From Desulfovibrio desulfuricans (lineage in GTDB: Bacteria > Desulfobacterota > Desulfovibrionia > Desulfovibrionales > Desulfovibrionaceae): a stretch of 64,000 nucleotides of DNA. This document shows, piece after piece, positions 1 to 11,895 of this stretch. The position numbers and the translations under genes are program-made. Below the pieces are notes generated by a model. It worked only from the letters and a program-made list of their open reading frames with translations. It made no database searches and was not told where the DNA came from. Position 1 is the first letter of the stretch. Each line of letters opens with the position of its first letter. The stretch covers positions 25,816-89,815 of the forward strand of contig SUVB01000051.1 of NCBI GenBank assembly GCA_015062205.1, written 5' to 3'.

Positions 1-743
1 TGGTGCTGCAGCACTTCCCCGACAAGAAGCAGCACATGCCCATAGCGGCCCTGCTGGACGGCGCGTTCAACACGCACGCCACCACGGTGGACATGGCCCT
101 TGCGGCCCGCACCCTGCTGTTGCTGAACGAGAATGCCGCAGCCGGACTGGACAGCGTGGGCCTGAGCTGCGCGCGCTACGGGCAGGGCTTCACGCCCGCT
201 CCCGGGCATGTTGCGCGCCAGGGCGCGGCGCTTACGCTCAACGCGCCCGGCTGCGCGCAGTACAAGGTTGACCTGCCCTCCGGCGCGCCGGAGCTGCATC
301 TGCTTGTCAGCACAGAGGGCTTTGACCGCAAGCCGCCTGCCGAAGACGGCGGCAACAAGCTGGAGCTGCGCCGCCGCTACCTGAATGCCAGGGGCGAGGC
401 CGTCACCGGCGCGAAACTGGGCGATGTGCTCACCGTGGAACTGGCCGTCCAGCCGGAGAGCGGCATCAGCAATGTGGTGCTGGTGGATCTGCTGCCCGGC
501 GGCCTCGAACCCGTGCTGGAAAAGGACGGGGAACGCGAGTCGCAGGAAGGCCTTGTGCGCTTCGAGCGGCGCGAGGACCGCGCCATCTTCTTCACCAACC
601 TCAGCGGCGAACGGCAGGTCTTCACCTACAAGGCGCGCGCCGCCACCCGGGGGCGCTTCACCCTGCCCTCGGCCACCGGCGAAGCCATGTACGACCCGGC
701 CACCAACGCCCATACGGGCGGCGGATACATGACCATTGAGTAA
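1..743 (+). CDS. Bacterial alpha-2-macroglobulin family protein, C-terminal part (5' end outside window)
   Basis: C-terminal receptor-binding-like region (VLVDLLPGGLE, ERREDR, Y.ARA.TRGRFTLP.A.GEAMYDP); lies directly upstream of and overlaps pbpC, the classic yfhM-pbpC pairing. Confidence 0.85.
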   Translation, partial: VLQHFPDKKQHMPIAALLDGAFNTHATTVDMALAARTLLLLNENAAAGLDSVGLSCARYGQGFTPAPGHVARQGAALTLNAPGCAQYKVDLPSGAPELHLLVSTEGFDRKPPAEDGGNKLELRRRYLNARGEAVTGAKLGDVLTVELAVQPESGISNVVLVDLLPGGLEPVLEKDGERESQEGLVRFERREDRAIFFTNLSGERQVFTYKARAATRGRFTLPSATGEAMYDPATNAHTGGGYMTIE

Positions 744-3117
744 GCGCCTCTTCTCCGGCGGGGGGGGCTCCCGAAAGGCCGACGTCCTTCGGGAGCCCCC
801 GGCCGGGCGGAAGCCGAACCGGCGGCGCTTCCGCCTGCTCGGCCTCGCCGCATGCCTGCTGTGCCTGCCGGCCTCCGCGCTTCTGACCTGGCTGATCTTC
901 GCCCCATGCCCGCACCCGCTGGACGGGCGGGATTTTTCCCGCATTGTGCTGGACAGGCGCGGCGGCATGCTGCGGGTCAGCCTTTCTTCCGACCAGAAAT
1001 ACCGCATCCGCACGCGCCTGACCGACATCCCCCCGGCAGCGGTGGACGCCGTACTGCGCTATGAAGACAGATTTTTCTGGCTGCATCCCGGCGTCAACCC
1101 CCTGGCCCTGCTGCGCTCCGCCTGGGGCATCGCCACGGGTGGACGGCGCATGGGCGGCTCCACCATCACCATGCAGGTGGCCCGCCTGGCCTATGGGCTG
1201 GAAACAGGCCGTATGGGCGCCAAGCTGCGACAGATCGTCCTGGCGCTGCAACTGGAACGGCATTACAGCAAGGAAGAGATTCTGGAGGCCTATTTCAACC
1301 TGGCCCCCTACGGCGGCAATGTGGAAGGGCTGGGAGCCGCCGCCGCGTGCTATTTCCACAAGTCCCCGGCGCAGCTGACCCCGGCGGAAAGCGCGGCCCT
1401 CATGCTGGTGCCGCAAAACCCCGCGCGGCGCAGGCCCTCAGCCGACAACACGGTTTTTCTTCAGGCCGTCCGCCGCCTCAATGAAACGTGGTTCGGCCGG
1501 GAGGAAAGCGCCCCCCTGCGCGTGTACTCCCCGCAGGACATGCCCTTCGCCGCGCCCCACCTCTGCGCCGAGCTTCTGGCGCAACCGGCGGGCGGCACTG
1601 TGCTGCGCACCACCATCGACCCCGCAGCGCAAAAAAGGCTGGAGCGGCATCTCGCCCGCTTCGCCGCGCGCAACGGGGCCTACGGGCTGCGCAACAGCGC
1701 CGCCCTGCTGCTGCACTGGCCCAGCATGGAAGTGCGGGCGCTGGCCGGATCGGCCAATTTCTTCAATGCCGCCATCGAGGGCCAGGTGGACGGCACGCGG
1801 GCGCGGCGCTCCCCCGGCTCCACCCTCAAACCCATGATCTACGCCCTGGCGCTGGAGCAGGGCCTCATCCATCCCCTGACCCTGCTGGCCGACACGCCGC
1901 GCGCCTTTGCGGGCTACGAGCCGGAAAACTACGACGGCGCGTTCCGCGGCCCTCTGGCTGCGGCCGAGGCACTGCGGGCCAGCCGCAATGTGCCCGCCAT
2001 CGCTCTGGCGGCGCGGCTCTCCCGCCCCAATCTGTATGAATTTCTGCGCCGGGCGGGCGTGCAGTTCGCCGCGCCGGAGGAGCACTACGGCCTGGCCCTG
2101 GTGCTGGGCGGGGCCGAGGTCAGCATGCGCGAACTGGTCGGCCTGTATGCCATGCTCGCCAACAAAGGGGTGTGGCGGCCCCTGCGCTTCCTCGCGGACG
2201 CGTCGCCCGCAACTGCGGCTCTGCCTCTGCTGACGCCCGAAGCCGCCTTTGTGACCCTCTCCATGCTGGAAGCGCCGGACCCGGACCGGCGCGTCCGCGC
2301 GCGAAACGGCGTCACCCTTCCCGTCCGGCTCAAGACGGGCACCTCCAACGGGTTTCGCGACGCCTGGGCCGTGGGCCAGTTCGGGCCGTACATTCTGGCC
2401 GTGTGGGCGGGCAATTTCAACAATGCCGCCAATCCGCTGCTGGTGGGCGGTTTGGCGGCCGCCCCCCTGCTGCTGGACATGGCGCGGGATCAGGCCGCCG
2501 CCGAAACCATGAGCGACCCCTTTGCCGAACCCGCGCCCGGCCTCAATGTGGAACGCATAGACGTCTGCGCGGCCACCGGCGACACGGACACGTCCCTGTG
2601 CCCGGAAACCCGGACCACATGGTTCATCCCCGGAGTTTCGCCCGTGGCACCCTCCGGCGTGTTCCGCACCATCCTTGTGGACAGGACGACCGGGCTGCGC
2701 GCCTGCGCCCCGCAGGAAGGCCGCACCGAGACGCGCGTCTGGGAATTCTGGCCCAGTGACCTGGCCGCCATGTTCGCCCGCGCTGGCATGCCCAAGCCCC
2801 CGCCGCCGCCCTATGAGGAACAGTGCCGCCAACAGCTGAAGGCGGCCGGTCGGCCGCCAGTCATTGTGCAGCCCCGGGACGGGCTGGTCTATCGCAAGGC
2901 CGCCTCAGGCGGCGGCGGAGAGCAGCTGGTGTTTCTGGCGCATGCCGAAGCGGGAGTGCGTAATCTGCACTGGTTCGTCAATGAACGCTATCTGGGCAGT
3001 TCCGCCCCCGGCGAGCCCCTGCTGTGGCGGGCGTCCACGGGCGATGTCACGGTGCGCGTGGTGGACGACGCCGGACGCGCCGCCCTGCGGACCGTGCATG
3101 TGCGCCCCGCGCCCTGA
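736..3117 (+). CDS. pbpC: Penicillin-binding protein 1C (transglycosylase-transpeptidase with C-terminal domain)
   Basis: N-terminal TM; EDRFF.HPG, GGSTITMQ, YFNLAPYG transglycosylase motifs; STLK, SRN, KTG transpeptidase motifs; C-terminal WFVN domain. Confidence 0.93.
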   Translation: MSKRLFSGGGGSRKADVLREPPAGRKPNRRRFRLLGLAACLLCLPASALLTWLIFAPCPHPLDGRDFSRIVLDRRGGMLRVSLSSDQKYRIRTRLTDIPPAAVDAVLRYEDRFFWLHPGVNPLALLRSAWGIATGGRRMGGSTITMQVARLAYGLETGRMGAKLRQIVLALQLERHYSKEEILEAYFNLAPYGGNVEGLGAAAACYFHKSPAQLTPAESAALMLVPQNPARRRPSADNTVFLQAVRRLNETWFGREESAPLRVYSPQDMPFAAPHLCAELLAQPAGGTVLRTTIDPAAQKRLERHLARFAARNGAYGLRNSAALLLHWPSMEVRALAGSANFFNAAIEGQVDGTRARRSPGSTLKPMIYALALEQGLIHPLTLLADTPRAFAGYEPENYDGAFRGPLAAAEALRASRNVPAIALAARLSRPNLYEFLRRAGVQFAAPEEHYGLALVLGGAEVSMRELVGLYAMLANKGVWRPLRFLADASPATAALPLLTPEAAFVTLSMLEAPDPDRRVRARNGVTLPVRLKTGTSNGFRDAWAVGQFGPYILAVWAGNFNNAANPLLVGGLAAAPLLLDMARDQAAAETMSDPFAEPAPGLNVERIDVCAATGDTDTSLCPETRTTWFIPGVSPVAPSGVFRTILVDRTTGLRACAPQEGRTETRVWEFWPSDLAAMFARAGMPKPPPPPYEEQCRQQLKAAGRPPVIVQPRDGLVYRKAASGGGGEQLVFLAHAEAGVRNLHWFVNERYLGSSAPGEPLLWRASTGDVTVRVVDDAGRAALRTVHVRPAP

Positions 3118-3279
3118 ATGGGGAAACGCGCCTGCAGGGGGGCAACCTGCCGGCGCAGGCATGGTGTGGGCAGGAACGGAAGCCCCTAACGCGCGACACG
3201 GAAGGCCGCCCGCCGGAACTGAGGAGGGGGGGACAGGAGGCCGCGGCCGTGCGGCGCGCGACGCCGGAACACAGCACGC

Positions 3280-4149
3280 CTATTTCTGGCAATGGGAACA
3301 GCAGACAGTCGTACGGCCCGCCACGCGGAGTTTCCGGAGTCGGCGTCCGCAGCTGCGGCAGGGCTGCCCGCCGCGCCCGTACACGGCAAAGCTGTTCTGG
3401 AATGCGCCCACGTTGCCGTCCGCATCGCGGTAATCGCGGATGGAACTGCCGCACTGCTCGATGGAGCGGCGCAACACATCCCGCAGGCAGCGCAGCAGCC
3501 GCGCGCATTGCGCCTCCGTGAGGGTGGAAGCCTTGCGCCGCGGGTCCAGCCGGGCGGCAAAAAGGCTTTCATCCGCGTAGATATTGCCCACGCCCGCCAC
3601 GACTTTCTGATCCAGCAGCACGGCCTTGAGGGCCGCATGTTTCCCGACGAGGCGCGCGGCGAAATCCGTCTCTTCCATTTCCAGGGGTTCCGGCCCCAGT
3701 TCACGCCAGAACGACCATTGCCGCAGCGTGTCCGGCGCGCAGGCCAGCACCTGCCCGAAGGCGCGCACATCGTCAAAGAACAGACGGCTCGCCCCCTCCG
3801 GCCCCTTCCCCGGGCAGGCGAGGTCAAACACGCAGCGCGTGTACGGGCCGGGCGCGGCATCGACGGGCCAGGTCATAAGGCGGCCCGTCATGCGCAAATG
3901 CACCACCAGGCGCAGTTCCCCGGCCGCGCGCACGGCCCCGTCCCGCGCCCCGGAGGCATCCAGCCACAGCAGAAGGAGTTTGCCGCGCCGCCCCACATCC
4001 GCAATGCGGCAGCCCGCAAGACGTTCCAGGGGCAGGCTCAGCGGGTGCAGGCTGGAGGCGCGCAGCAGAACCGCGCCGGTGATGCTGCGGTCCTGCACAT
4101 GCGGCCGCAGGGTGCGGGCCACGGTTTCCACTTCAGGCAGTTCCGGCAT
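3280..4149 (-). CDS. mutM: Formamidopyrimidine-DNA glycosylase (Fpg/MutM)
   Basis: Starts MPELPEVET; RRGK, HLRMTG, GVGNIYADE (H2TH), C-terminal zinc finger CxxC...CxxC; true start at 4149, not 4308. Confidence 0.96.
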   Translation of the reverse strand: MPELPEVETVARTLRPHVQDRSITGAVLLRASSLHPLSLPLERLAGCRIADVGRRGKLLLLWLDASGARDGAVRAAGELRLVVHLRMTGRLMTWPVDAAPGPYTRCVFDLACPGKGPEGASRLFFDDVRAFGQVLACAPDTLRQWSFWRELGPEPLEMEETDFAARLVGKHAALKAVLLDQKVVAGVGNIYADESLFAARLDPRRKASTLTEAQCARLLRCLRDVLRRSIEQCGSSIRDYRDADGNVGAFQNSFAVYGRGGQPCRSCGRRLRKLRVAGRTTVCCSHCQK

Positions 4150-4180
4150 GCGTGCATATGCGCCGCACGAGCGGCGGGGC

Positions 4181-4714
4181 TTAGTCGTTGGAGGAAAGAT
4201 AAATATCAATGAGCCCTTCGGGCGGCGCGATGCGCACGGCAGGTCCCTGCCTGTCAAACTGCAGGATAAATTCCGGCCTGGCGGGGAACAGCACTTCGCG
4301 GTCGTCATCCGTCAGTATGGCCCAGACTTCCTGCCCGGCGGGATATTCCACATGGTCGAGCCTGCCCAGACGACTGCCGTCGGCCAGCAGCACGGCGCAG
4401 CCCAGCAGATCCTGCACATAGGCCTCGTCATCCGCCGGCTCCGGCAAGGCGTCGCGCCGCAGCAGCAGCCTGCGGCCGCGCAGCGCTTCCGCCGCCGTAC
4501 GGTCGGCCACGCCTTCCAGCAGGACAAGGGGCCTGCCCCTGTGCCTGCGCACAGAAAGCAGCCGGATGCGGCGTGGCTCTTCCCCGGGGCCGCCCTGCAG
4601 CCACAGGGGCGTGTCCAACAACAAGGGGGAGTTCGCATGCCAGTCGATGCAGAACTCCCCTTTGATGCCGTGGGGCCGCGTCAGCGTGCCCATATGCAGC
4701 CAGTTTTCCGTCAT
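4181..4714 (-). CDS. rimM: 16S rRNA processing protein RimM
   Basis: G...RPHGIKGE motif, PRC-barrel C-terminus; position after rpsP-KH gene. Confidence 0.92.
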   Translation of the reverse strand: MTENWLHMGTLTRPHGIKGEFCIDWHANSPLLLDTPLWLQGGPGEEPRRIRLLSVRRHRGRPLVLLEGVADRTAAEALRGRRLLLRRDALPEPADDEAYVQDLLGCAVLLADGSRLGRLDHVEYPAGQEVWAILTDDDREVLFPARPEFILQFDRQGPAVRIAPPEGLIDIYLSSND

Positions 4715-4868
4715 ACTGCCGTCGCGCCTCGAACAGCCTGACGCATCAGGTCACATGGAATTCCGGCGATCCGCGCCGGGAAAATGCCCCGACGCGCAGC
4801 AGGGAAACGGCCCGCCCGCGAACAGCCGCGCGAAGTCGCTTCCGGCCTCGCCGCCGCGGCCCGGAAGA

Positions 4869-5099
4869 TTATTCCAGAATTTCCAGTACCGTGCGCTTCT
4901 TGCACTTGATAGAGGCGGCTCCCAGAATGGTGCGCATGGCGCGGGCCGTACGGCCCTGCTTGCCGATGACCTTGCCCAGGTCTTCCTTGGCGACCCTGAG
5001 CTCCAGCACCGTTGTCTGTTCGCCTTCCACTTCACTGACTTGCACTTCTTCAGGGTGATCCACCAGGGATCGGGCAATGTATTCTATCAGGGCCTTCAT
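4869..5099 (-). CDS. khpA: KH-domain RNA-binding protein (KhpA/YlqC family)
   Basis: [19 protein letters not shown]...[17 protein letters not shown]; GGAGG RBS upstream of ATG at 5099. Confidence 0.92.
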   Translation of the reverse strand: MKALIEYIARSLVDHPEEVQVSEVEGEQTTVLELRVAKEDLGKVIGKQGRTARAMRTILGAASIKCKKRTVLEILE

Positions 5100-5360
5100 G
5101 AATAACCTCCATCGGGGGCAACCGGAATGTCGGTAAAGCCGCCATCCGGCGCGAGCGCCGGTGCGTTTCGCTGTGAAGGGTCGGACGCCGAACCGCCCAG
5201 CCGCTCCACCCGTCACGCCCCACGGCAGGTCTCCGTGTAAAGGGTCCGGGGTAGATACAAGCCTGGACTTTCCCTGAGAGCGCCCGCAGCAGCATTGTTT
5301 CCGGCATGGCCGGAACCGCTGCGGACACGCTGCCTCGCCACCAAGAAGATGCGGAATGCG

Positions 5361-5600
5361 CTATGCCATGTGCTTCTTGATCAGCACGCGAACCGTATCC
5401 GTCGGTTCGGCACCGCGGGCAAGCCATTCCTTGATTTTATCCGCATCCAGCTTCACTTCCGCCGGGTCGGTCATGGGGTTGTAGTAGCCAAGAAAATCCA
5501 GCGGGCGTCCGTCGCGGCGGGTTTCATCCGTGGCGGCCACCACCCGGTAGAAGGGGTGCTTCTTGCTGCCGAGGCGGGTCAATTTCAACTTTACTGCCAT
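5361..5600 (-). CDS. rpsP: 30S ribosomal protein S16
   Basis: [21 protein letters not shown]...RRDGR...LGYYNP. Confidence 0.97.
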   Translation of the reverse strand: MAVKLKLTRLGSKKHPFYRVVAATDETRRDGRPLDFLGYYNPMTDPAEVKLDADKIKEWLARGAEPTDTVRVLIKKHMA

Positions 5601-5628
5601 GAGTGCAACTCCCTTGGTTATTGATGAC

Positions 5629-5657
5629 ATAGTAACGTCGCACAGAAGAAAGGGCAA
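5629..5657 (-). promoter_or_regulatory. Putative sigma70 promoter for rpsP-khpA-rimM-mutM
   Basis: Minus strand TTGCCC-17 nt-TACTAT, about 30 nt upstream of rpsP start. Confidence 0.55.
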
Positions 5658-5724
5658 GAGGCGCAAGGCCTTCCGCCGCAAGGATTTTCGCCGCCGTCTC
5701 CGGCGGCCCGTCCCTGCCTGCGCA

Positions 5725-7221
5725 CTATTTTTTCCTGCGCTTGGGGCGTTCCCTTTTCTTGCGTTTTTTCGATGTCTTGCCGGAATTTCCACTCCCGGCG
5801 GGCATGGGGGGCAGCCCCTCCATGCCGGGGAATCCGCCCATGCCCGGCATGCCGCCGGGGGGCGTGATGCCGGGGGGCATGCCGCGCATGCGGGGCATGG
5901 CAGGCATCCTGCCCTTACCCCCGCCCATCATGCCCTGCATCATGCGGCGCATCTGCTCAAACTGCCGCACAAGCTGATTCACCTGCGCCACGGTGACGCC
6001 CGCGCCCTTGGCAATGCGCGCGCGTCGGCTGCCGTTGAGGATGTCGGGGTTATGGCGCTCGGCCATGGTCATGGAATTGATGATGGCCTCGGTGCGCGCG
6101 AGTTCCTTCTCCGGCATGGCGCCGCCGGCCTCCGCCAGCTTTTCGCGCAGCCCCCCCAGCCCGGGAATGAGCTTGAGAATGCTGTCCAGCGAGCCCAGCT
6201 TCTTGATGCGGCGCATCTGCGTGCGAAAATCTTCCAGATCGAAACTGGCCTTCTTCAGCTTGCGGGCCAGTTCCTCCGCCTCCTCGGCGTTGATGGCGCT
6301 CTGCGCCTTCTCCACCAGGGTGAGCACATCGCCCATGCCCAGAATGCGCCCGGCGATGCGGTCGGGGTGAAAGACCTCCATCTCCGACAGCTTTTCGCCC
6401 ATGCCCACGAATTTCACGGGCGCGCCCGTGACCGCGCGGATGGAAAGCGCCGCGCCGCCGCGCGCGTCGCCGTCCATCTTGGTCAGCACCACGCCGGTAA
6501 GGCCAAGGCGCTCGTTGAAGCTCTCGGCCACGGTCACGGCATCCTGGCCGGTCATGGCGTCGGCCACGAACAAAATTTCCTGCGGCCGCACGGCCTCCTT
6601 GATGGAGGCCAGTTCCTGCATGAGGGGCTCGTCCACATGCAGACGGCCCGCCGTATCCAGCAGCAGCACCGTGGCCTGTTCCTCGCGGGCCCTGTCAAGC
6701 GCGGCCCGGGCGATATCCACGGGGTTCATGTCCGTGGCGGAGGGGTAGCAGGGCATGTCCAGCTGCTTCGCCAGCACGGTCAGCTGGTCTATGGCCGCCG
6801 GCCGGTACACGTCGGCAGGGACCAGATAGGGCCGCATTTTCTGCTTGCGCAGCAGGTTGGCTATCTTGCCGGCAGAAGTGGTCTTGCCCGACCCCTGGAG
6901 GCCCACCAGCATGATGACGGCAGGCTCGCGCCCCTGCAGGTTGAGGCCCGCCGTCTCGCCGCCGAGCAGCGCCACCAACTCCTCATGGACAATCTTGACC
7001 ACCTGCTGGGCAGGGCTGACGCCCTTGAGCACTTCCTGCCCCAGGCATTTCCCGCGCACGCGTTCCACAAAGTCCTTGACGACCTTGAAGTTCACGTCCG
7101 CTTCAAGCAGGGCCAGCCGCACTTCGCGCAGGCCCGCCTGCACGTTTTCTTCAGTAAGCCGGCCGTGTCCGCCGAACGAACGGAATACGCCTGAAAGTCT
7201 GTCGGAAAGGCTTTCGAACAT
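5725..7221 (-). CDS. ffh: Signal recognition particle protein Ffh
   Basis: [34 protein letters not shown] domain ([10 protein letters not shown]); Met/Gly/Pro-rich tail. Confidence 0.97.
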   Translation of the reverse strand: MFESLSDRLSGVFRSFGGHGRLTEENVQAGLREVRLALLEADVNFKVVKDFVERVRGKCLGQEVLKGVSPAQQVVKIVHEELVALLGGETAGLNLQGREPAVIMLVGLQGSGKTTSAGKIANLLRKQKMRPYLVPADVYRPAAIDQLTVLAKQLDMPCYPSATDMNPVDIARAALDRAREEQATVLLLDTAGRLHVDEPLMQELASIKEAVRPQEILFVADAMTGQDAVTVAESFNERLGLTGVVLTKMDGDARGGAALSIRAVTGAPVKFVGMGEKLSEMEVFHPDRIAGRILGMGDVLTLVEKAQSAINAEEAEELARKLKKASFDLEDFRTQMRRIKKLGSLDSILKLIPGLGGLREKLAEAGGAMPEKELARTEAIINSMTMAERHNPDILNGSRRARIAKGAGVTVAQVNQLVRQFEQMRRMMQGMMGGGKGRMPAMPRMRGMPPGITPPGGMPGMGGFPGMEGLPPMPAGSGNSGKTSKKRKKRERPKRRKK

Positions 7222-7398
7222 GAAGACCCCGTTACACGTCTACCCTTGCCTTTGCGTGAAAGGCAAAGCCTGCGGCGCAGCCGCGCCGTTCCCGCAAAAC
7301 CGCGCCGGGCGCAGCACAAGGGGGAAGTGCCGGTTCATAGGCTATTTGCCCGGAACTGTCAAATGCCCGCGCGCCGCCTGCTGCCGCGGAAGCCCCCG

Positions 7399-8352
7399 TC
7401 AGAAGGTCACGCCGCAGGGCGGGGGGAACGTTCCTTCCAGCGGCAGCTCGGGCAACATGAGAATCTGTTGCGCCACTGTGCGCATGAGGTCGTCGTTCCA
7501 GGGCAGGATATCGTAGATCTCCCCCACGCGCGCCACGGGACGGCTCTCGACCTCCCCGGCGTCGGAGAGAAAATAGAGCAGCATGCCCGAGTCCTCGTCG
7601 CCCTCCACATGCCGCGTGGAGCTGCCCCCAAGCGCCCAGCCGCCCGGCACGCGCAGGCAGCCCCGCAAAAAATGATCGCCGGTGACGCGCCAGGCCTGCG
7701 CGTGTTCCAGCCGCCCATCCCCGGCGGGCGTGAAGCGGTGGAACACGCCTTCCGCCGAAGAGCAGCAATAGATGTCGCCCCCGTGCTCCGTGACGGAATG
7801 CGGGCAGTTGAGCCCGGAAGCGGCAATGCTCGATACCGTCCGGCTGCCGTGACGCCTCATGTAAAAGAGCACGCCCAGGCCGTCCTGCTTCCAGCCGGGG
7901 CGGCCCTGCTTGAGAAAGGCGAAAGGCTGGTAGGAAAAGGCGGACGCCAGGATGCCGTCGCGCCAGGGGATCATGTCGTTCAAATGGATGGCGTCCGGCG
8001 GCAGGGGGCATTCCCAGCCGTCCAGAGGAGCGTATTCCATGAGGCGGCGCCCGTCGGCGTAGAGCAGCACGCGGGAATTGCCCGTATCCGCCACGCCGAG
8101 CGCATCCCGGCCCAGAGCCTTGACGCTGTGGGCCAGATTCTCATGCGGTCCCGGCAACGGGATGACGCGCGCGCCGTCCGCCCCCAGGCCGGTCAGCGTG
8201 TTGTCCGAGGCAATCCAGAGTCTGTCCGCCCCGGCGTGCACGCCGCACACGCGCAGACGGTTGCCGGGGCAGTACCAGAAGGGAACCCTGGCGTCCCAGT
8301 CATAGCCCACCAGAGAAACAGCGCTGTTCACGCAGCCGAGGAGCAGTTTCAT
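7399..8352 (-). CDS. Hypothetical beta-propeller-like protein, weakly DUF4915/TIGR03032-like
   Basis: Repeated short beta blades (HENLAHSV, HLND, GLNCPHSVTEHGGDIYCC, FLRGC, EIYDI); start at MKLLLG (8352). Confidence 0.5.
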   Translation of the reverse strand: MKLLLGCVNSAVSLVGYDWDARVPFWYCPGNRLRVCGVHAGADRLWIASDNTLTGLGADGARVIPLPGPHENLAHSVKALGRDALGVADTGNSRVLLYADGRRLMEYAPLDGWECPLPPDAIHLNDMIPWRDGILASAFSYQPFAFLKQGRPGWKQDGLGVLFYMRRHGSRTVSSIAASGLNCPHSVTEHGGDIYCCSSAEGVFHRFTPAGDGRLEHAQAWRVTGDHFLRGCLRVPGGWALGGSSTRHVEGDEDSGMLLYFLSDAGEVESRPVARVGEIYDILPWNDDLMRTVAQQILMLPELPLEGTFPPPCGVTF

Positions 8353-8502
8353 GACCACAAGCCTTTTTGTGTTGATGCGGGGGAAGGCTCTCAGGAGAGC
8401 CCGTGCCTGTCGCGCAGGTTTTTGGGGGGTGCGTCCGGCAGGCCGTCCGCCCTGCAGCAAAGCATAAAGCCTCCCCCGTTTCAAGGCGGGCTGCCGCCGG
8501 CT

Positions 8503-10068
8503 TCAGCGGCGACCGCTCGCGCGCAGCGCCTGCCGCAGCGTTTGCGCCACATCGGGAGCGTAGTAAGACTCCGCCAGCCCGGCAGTGAAGAGTATCTGCC
8601 GGTCATTGAGAACACCCCGACGAATGCCCTCCGTCAGCAGGGGCAAAAGCTCCCCGCCCACGCCCGCCGGAACCGAACAGGCCAGCATAAGATCCGCGGC
8701 CTCCGCTGAGGGGCGGAGGTTCCAGGCCCGACAGGCGAACTCCAGGCCTGTGTCCGGGCAGGGGTCATCGTCGCTCTTGGCGAATCCGAGCGCCAGGGAA
8801 TGTTCCATGATGCGGTAGATATGCCCCATGACGAGCAGATAGTCCGCCACATGGCGCGCATTGGCGAGCATGGCGGGAAGCGGCCTGCAGGCGCAGGCCC
8901 TTTCCGGCGGGATTTCCCGCAGGGCCGCAAGCGTCAGCGCGCCCGCCCCGGCCGTGTCATGTTCCCGCAGGCGCAGCAGGGCAAGCCGGAGGAAAGGGAA
9001 AGGCCCGGCCGTGCCGCACACGCTCCTGTACAGCTGTTCCGCCCGCCGCAGCCGTCCCCGCCGGATCTCCATGTCGCCCAGCAGCAGCACGCTCTCCACG
9101 TCTGCTGCCCTGCCCCCGGTAACAGCCATATTGAGAAGGCGCACAGGCTCCATGACGTCGCCGCCGAAACGCAGAAGATGCCGGCAGCGCGCACGGGCCT
9201 CGCGCAGGCGGCGCACATCCCCGTCCGCCCGCGCGTTGGCGGCGTCGCCACGCTCAAGGGCGGTCAGAAACTCTGCGGCGCGAACCCGTGACGTATGCCG
9301 CTCGCGGCAGACGCGCTGCCCCTCGGCGGCCATCCCTGCAAAGAGCGCCGGACGCGCCAGCATGTCCGCCGCGCGCTCCAGCAGATTGCCGGGCGTGAAA
9401 CAGACCAGGTGCTCCCCGTCCGCAAAGCAGTCGCGCAGGCCGTCGCCCTCTTCCGTCAGCAGCGGCGAGCCGGAGGCCAGCCCCTGAAACACGCGCAGCG
9501 TCAGCCCGTCAAACAGATTTTCATTGAGCACCGCAGCCGACGCAGCAAAGATATCCTGCATGACGTCCACAGAAACGCCCTGCCGCACACGTACGGGCAC
9601 ATGCCGCTGCAGCAGCGCGAGCAGGTTGACGCGCTTGCAGCGCTGCGGGGAGGTGAGCCCCACAAACGCCACCTCGCGCCGCCTTTCCGAAAGGGGCTTC
9701 CTGAAGCAGCCTTCGCCCACGCAGAGGGGCAGCCACATCGCCCGGATGCCCTGCGCCCCCAGCTGCGCCACAGAGGCTTTCTGATCCACAAACACATCAT
9801 CCGCCAGGCCGCATATGTCGCTCAGCCAGAACATGTTGAGGCTGGAATCAATGCAATAGAAAACGAGCCGCCCTTCAAAATCGTGCATATCAGCGGGCAG
9901 GGGGTGGCCGCCGTAGAGTTCCAGAATCGCCATATCCACCTTGCGCCCCGTCGCCGCAGCAGCCGCCGGCAGGCTTGCGCCGGACTCCGGCAGGGGAAAA
10001 AGTTCGTGCCCCAGCAGTTGCAGCCCCTCCCGCAGAAATCCCCCCTGGTACAAAATGTTCATGCGCAC
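8503..10068 (-). CDS. CgeB-like glycosyltransferase (Glyco_trans_1_2) with helical/TPR-like C-terminus
   Basis: VAFVG, S.AVLN, TLRVFQGLASGS.LLTE, F.DGEHLV.F, HT...RA pattern of CgeB-type GTs, followed by Ala/Leu-rich helical repeats. Confidence 0.75.
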   Translation of the reverse strand: MRMNILYQGGFLREGLQLLGHELFPLPESGASLPAAAAATGRKVDMAILELYGGHPLPADMHDFEGRLVFYCIDSSLNMFWLSDICGLADDVFVDQKASVAQLGAQGIRAMWLPLCVGEGCFRKPLSERRREVAFVGLTSPQRCKRVNLLALLQRHVPVRVRQGVSVDVMQDIFAASAAVLNENLFDGLTLRVFQGLASGSPLLTEEGDGLRDCFADGEHLVCFTPGNLLERAADMLARPALFAGMAAEGQRVCRERHTSRVRAAEFLTALERGDAANARADGDVRRLREARARCRHLLRFGGDVMEPVRLLNMAVTGGRAADVESVLLLGDMEIRRGRLRRAEQLYRSVCGTAGPFPFLRLALLRLREHDTAGAGALTLAALREIPPERACACRPLPAMLANARHVADYLLVMGHIYRIMEHSLALGFAKSDDDPCPDTGLEFACRAWNLRPSAEAADLMLACSVPAGVGGELLPLLTEGIRRGVLNDRQILFTAGLAESYYAPDVAQTLRQALRASGRR

Positions 10069-10082
10069 CCCTGTTTCGCTGA

Positions 10083-11780
<1,698 letters not shown>

Positions 11781-11895
11781 CATTCCCCGCATGTTCCGGG
11801 CCTTCCGCCTCCCTGCGGCGCGGCAGGCCCGCCGTCCCCGCACGGCGCATGCCGACAGAGGCGCCCGGGGCAAGCAGCGCCAGACGAGGAACATC

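Noticed and set aside
5255-5285. CTCTCAGG and GAAAGTCC.GGCT on the minus strand, recalling a glycine riboswitch or RNase P RNA
   Set aside because: The partner motifs (GGAGA/CCGAAG; RNase P 3' ACAGAA.CCGGCTTA) are missing and the gap is too short for RNase P RNA.
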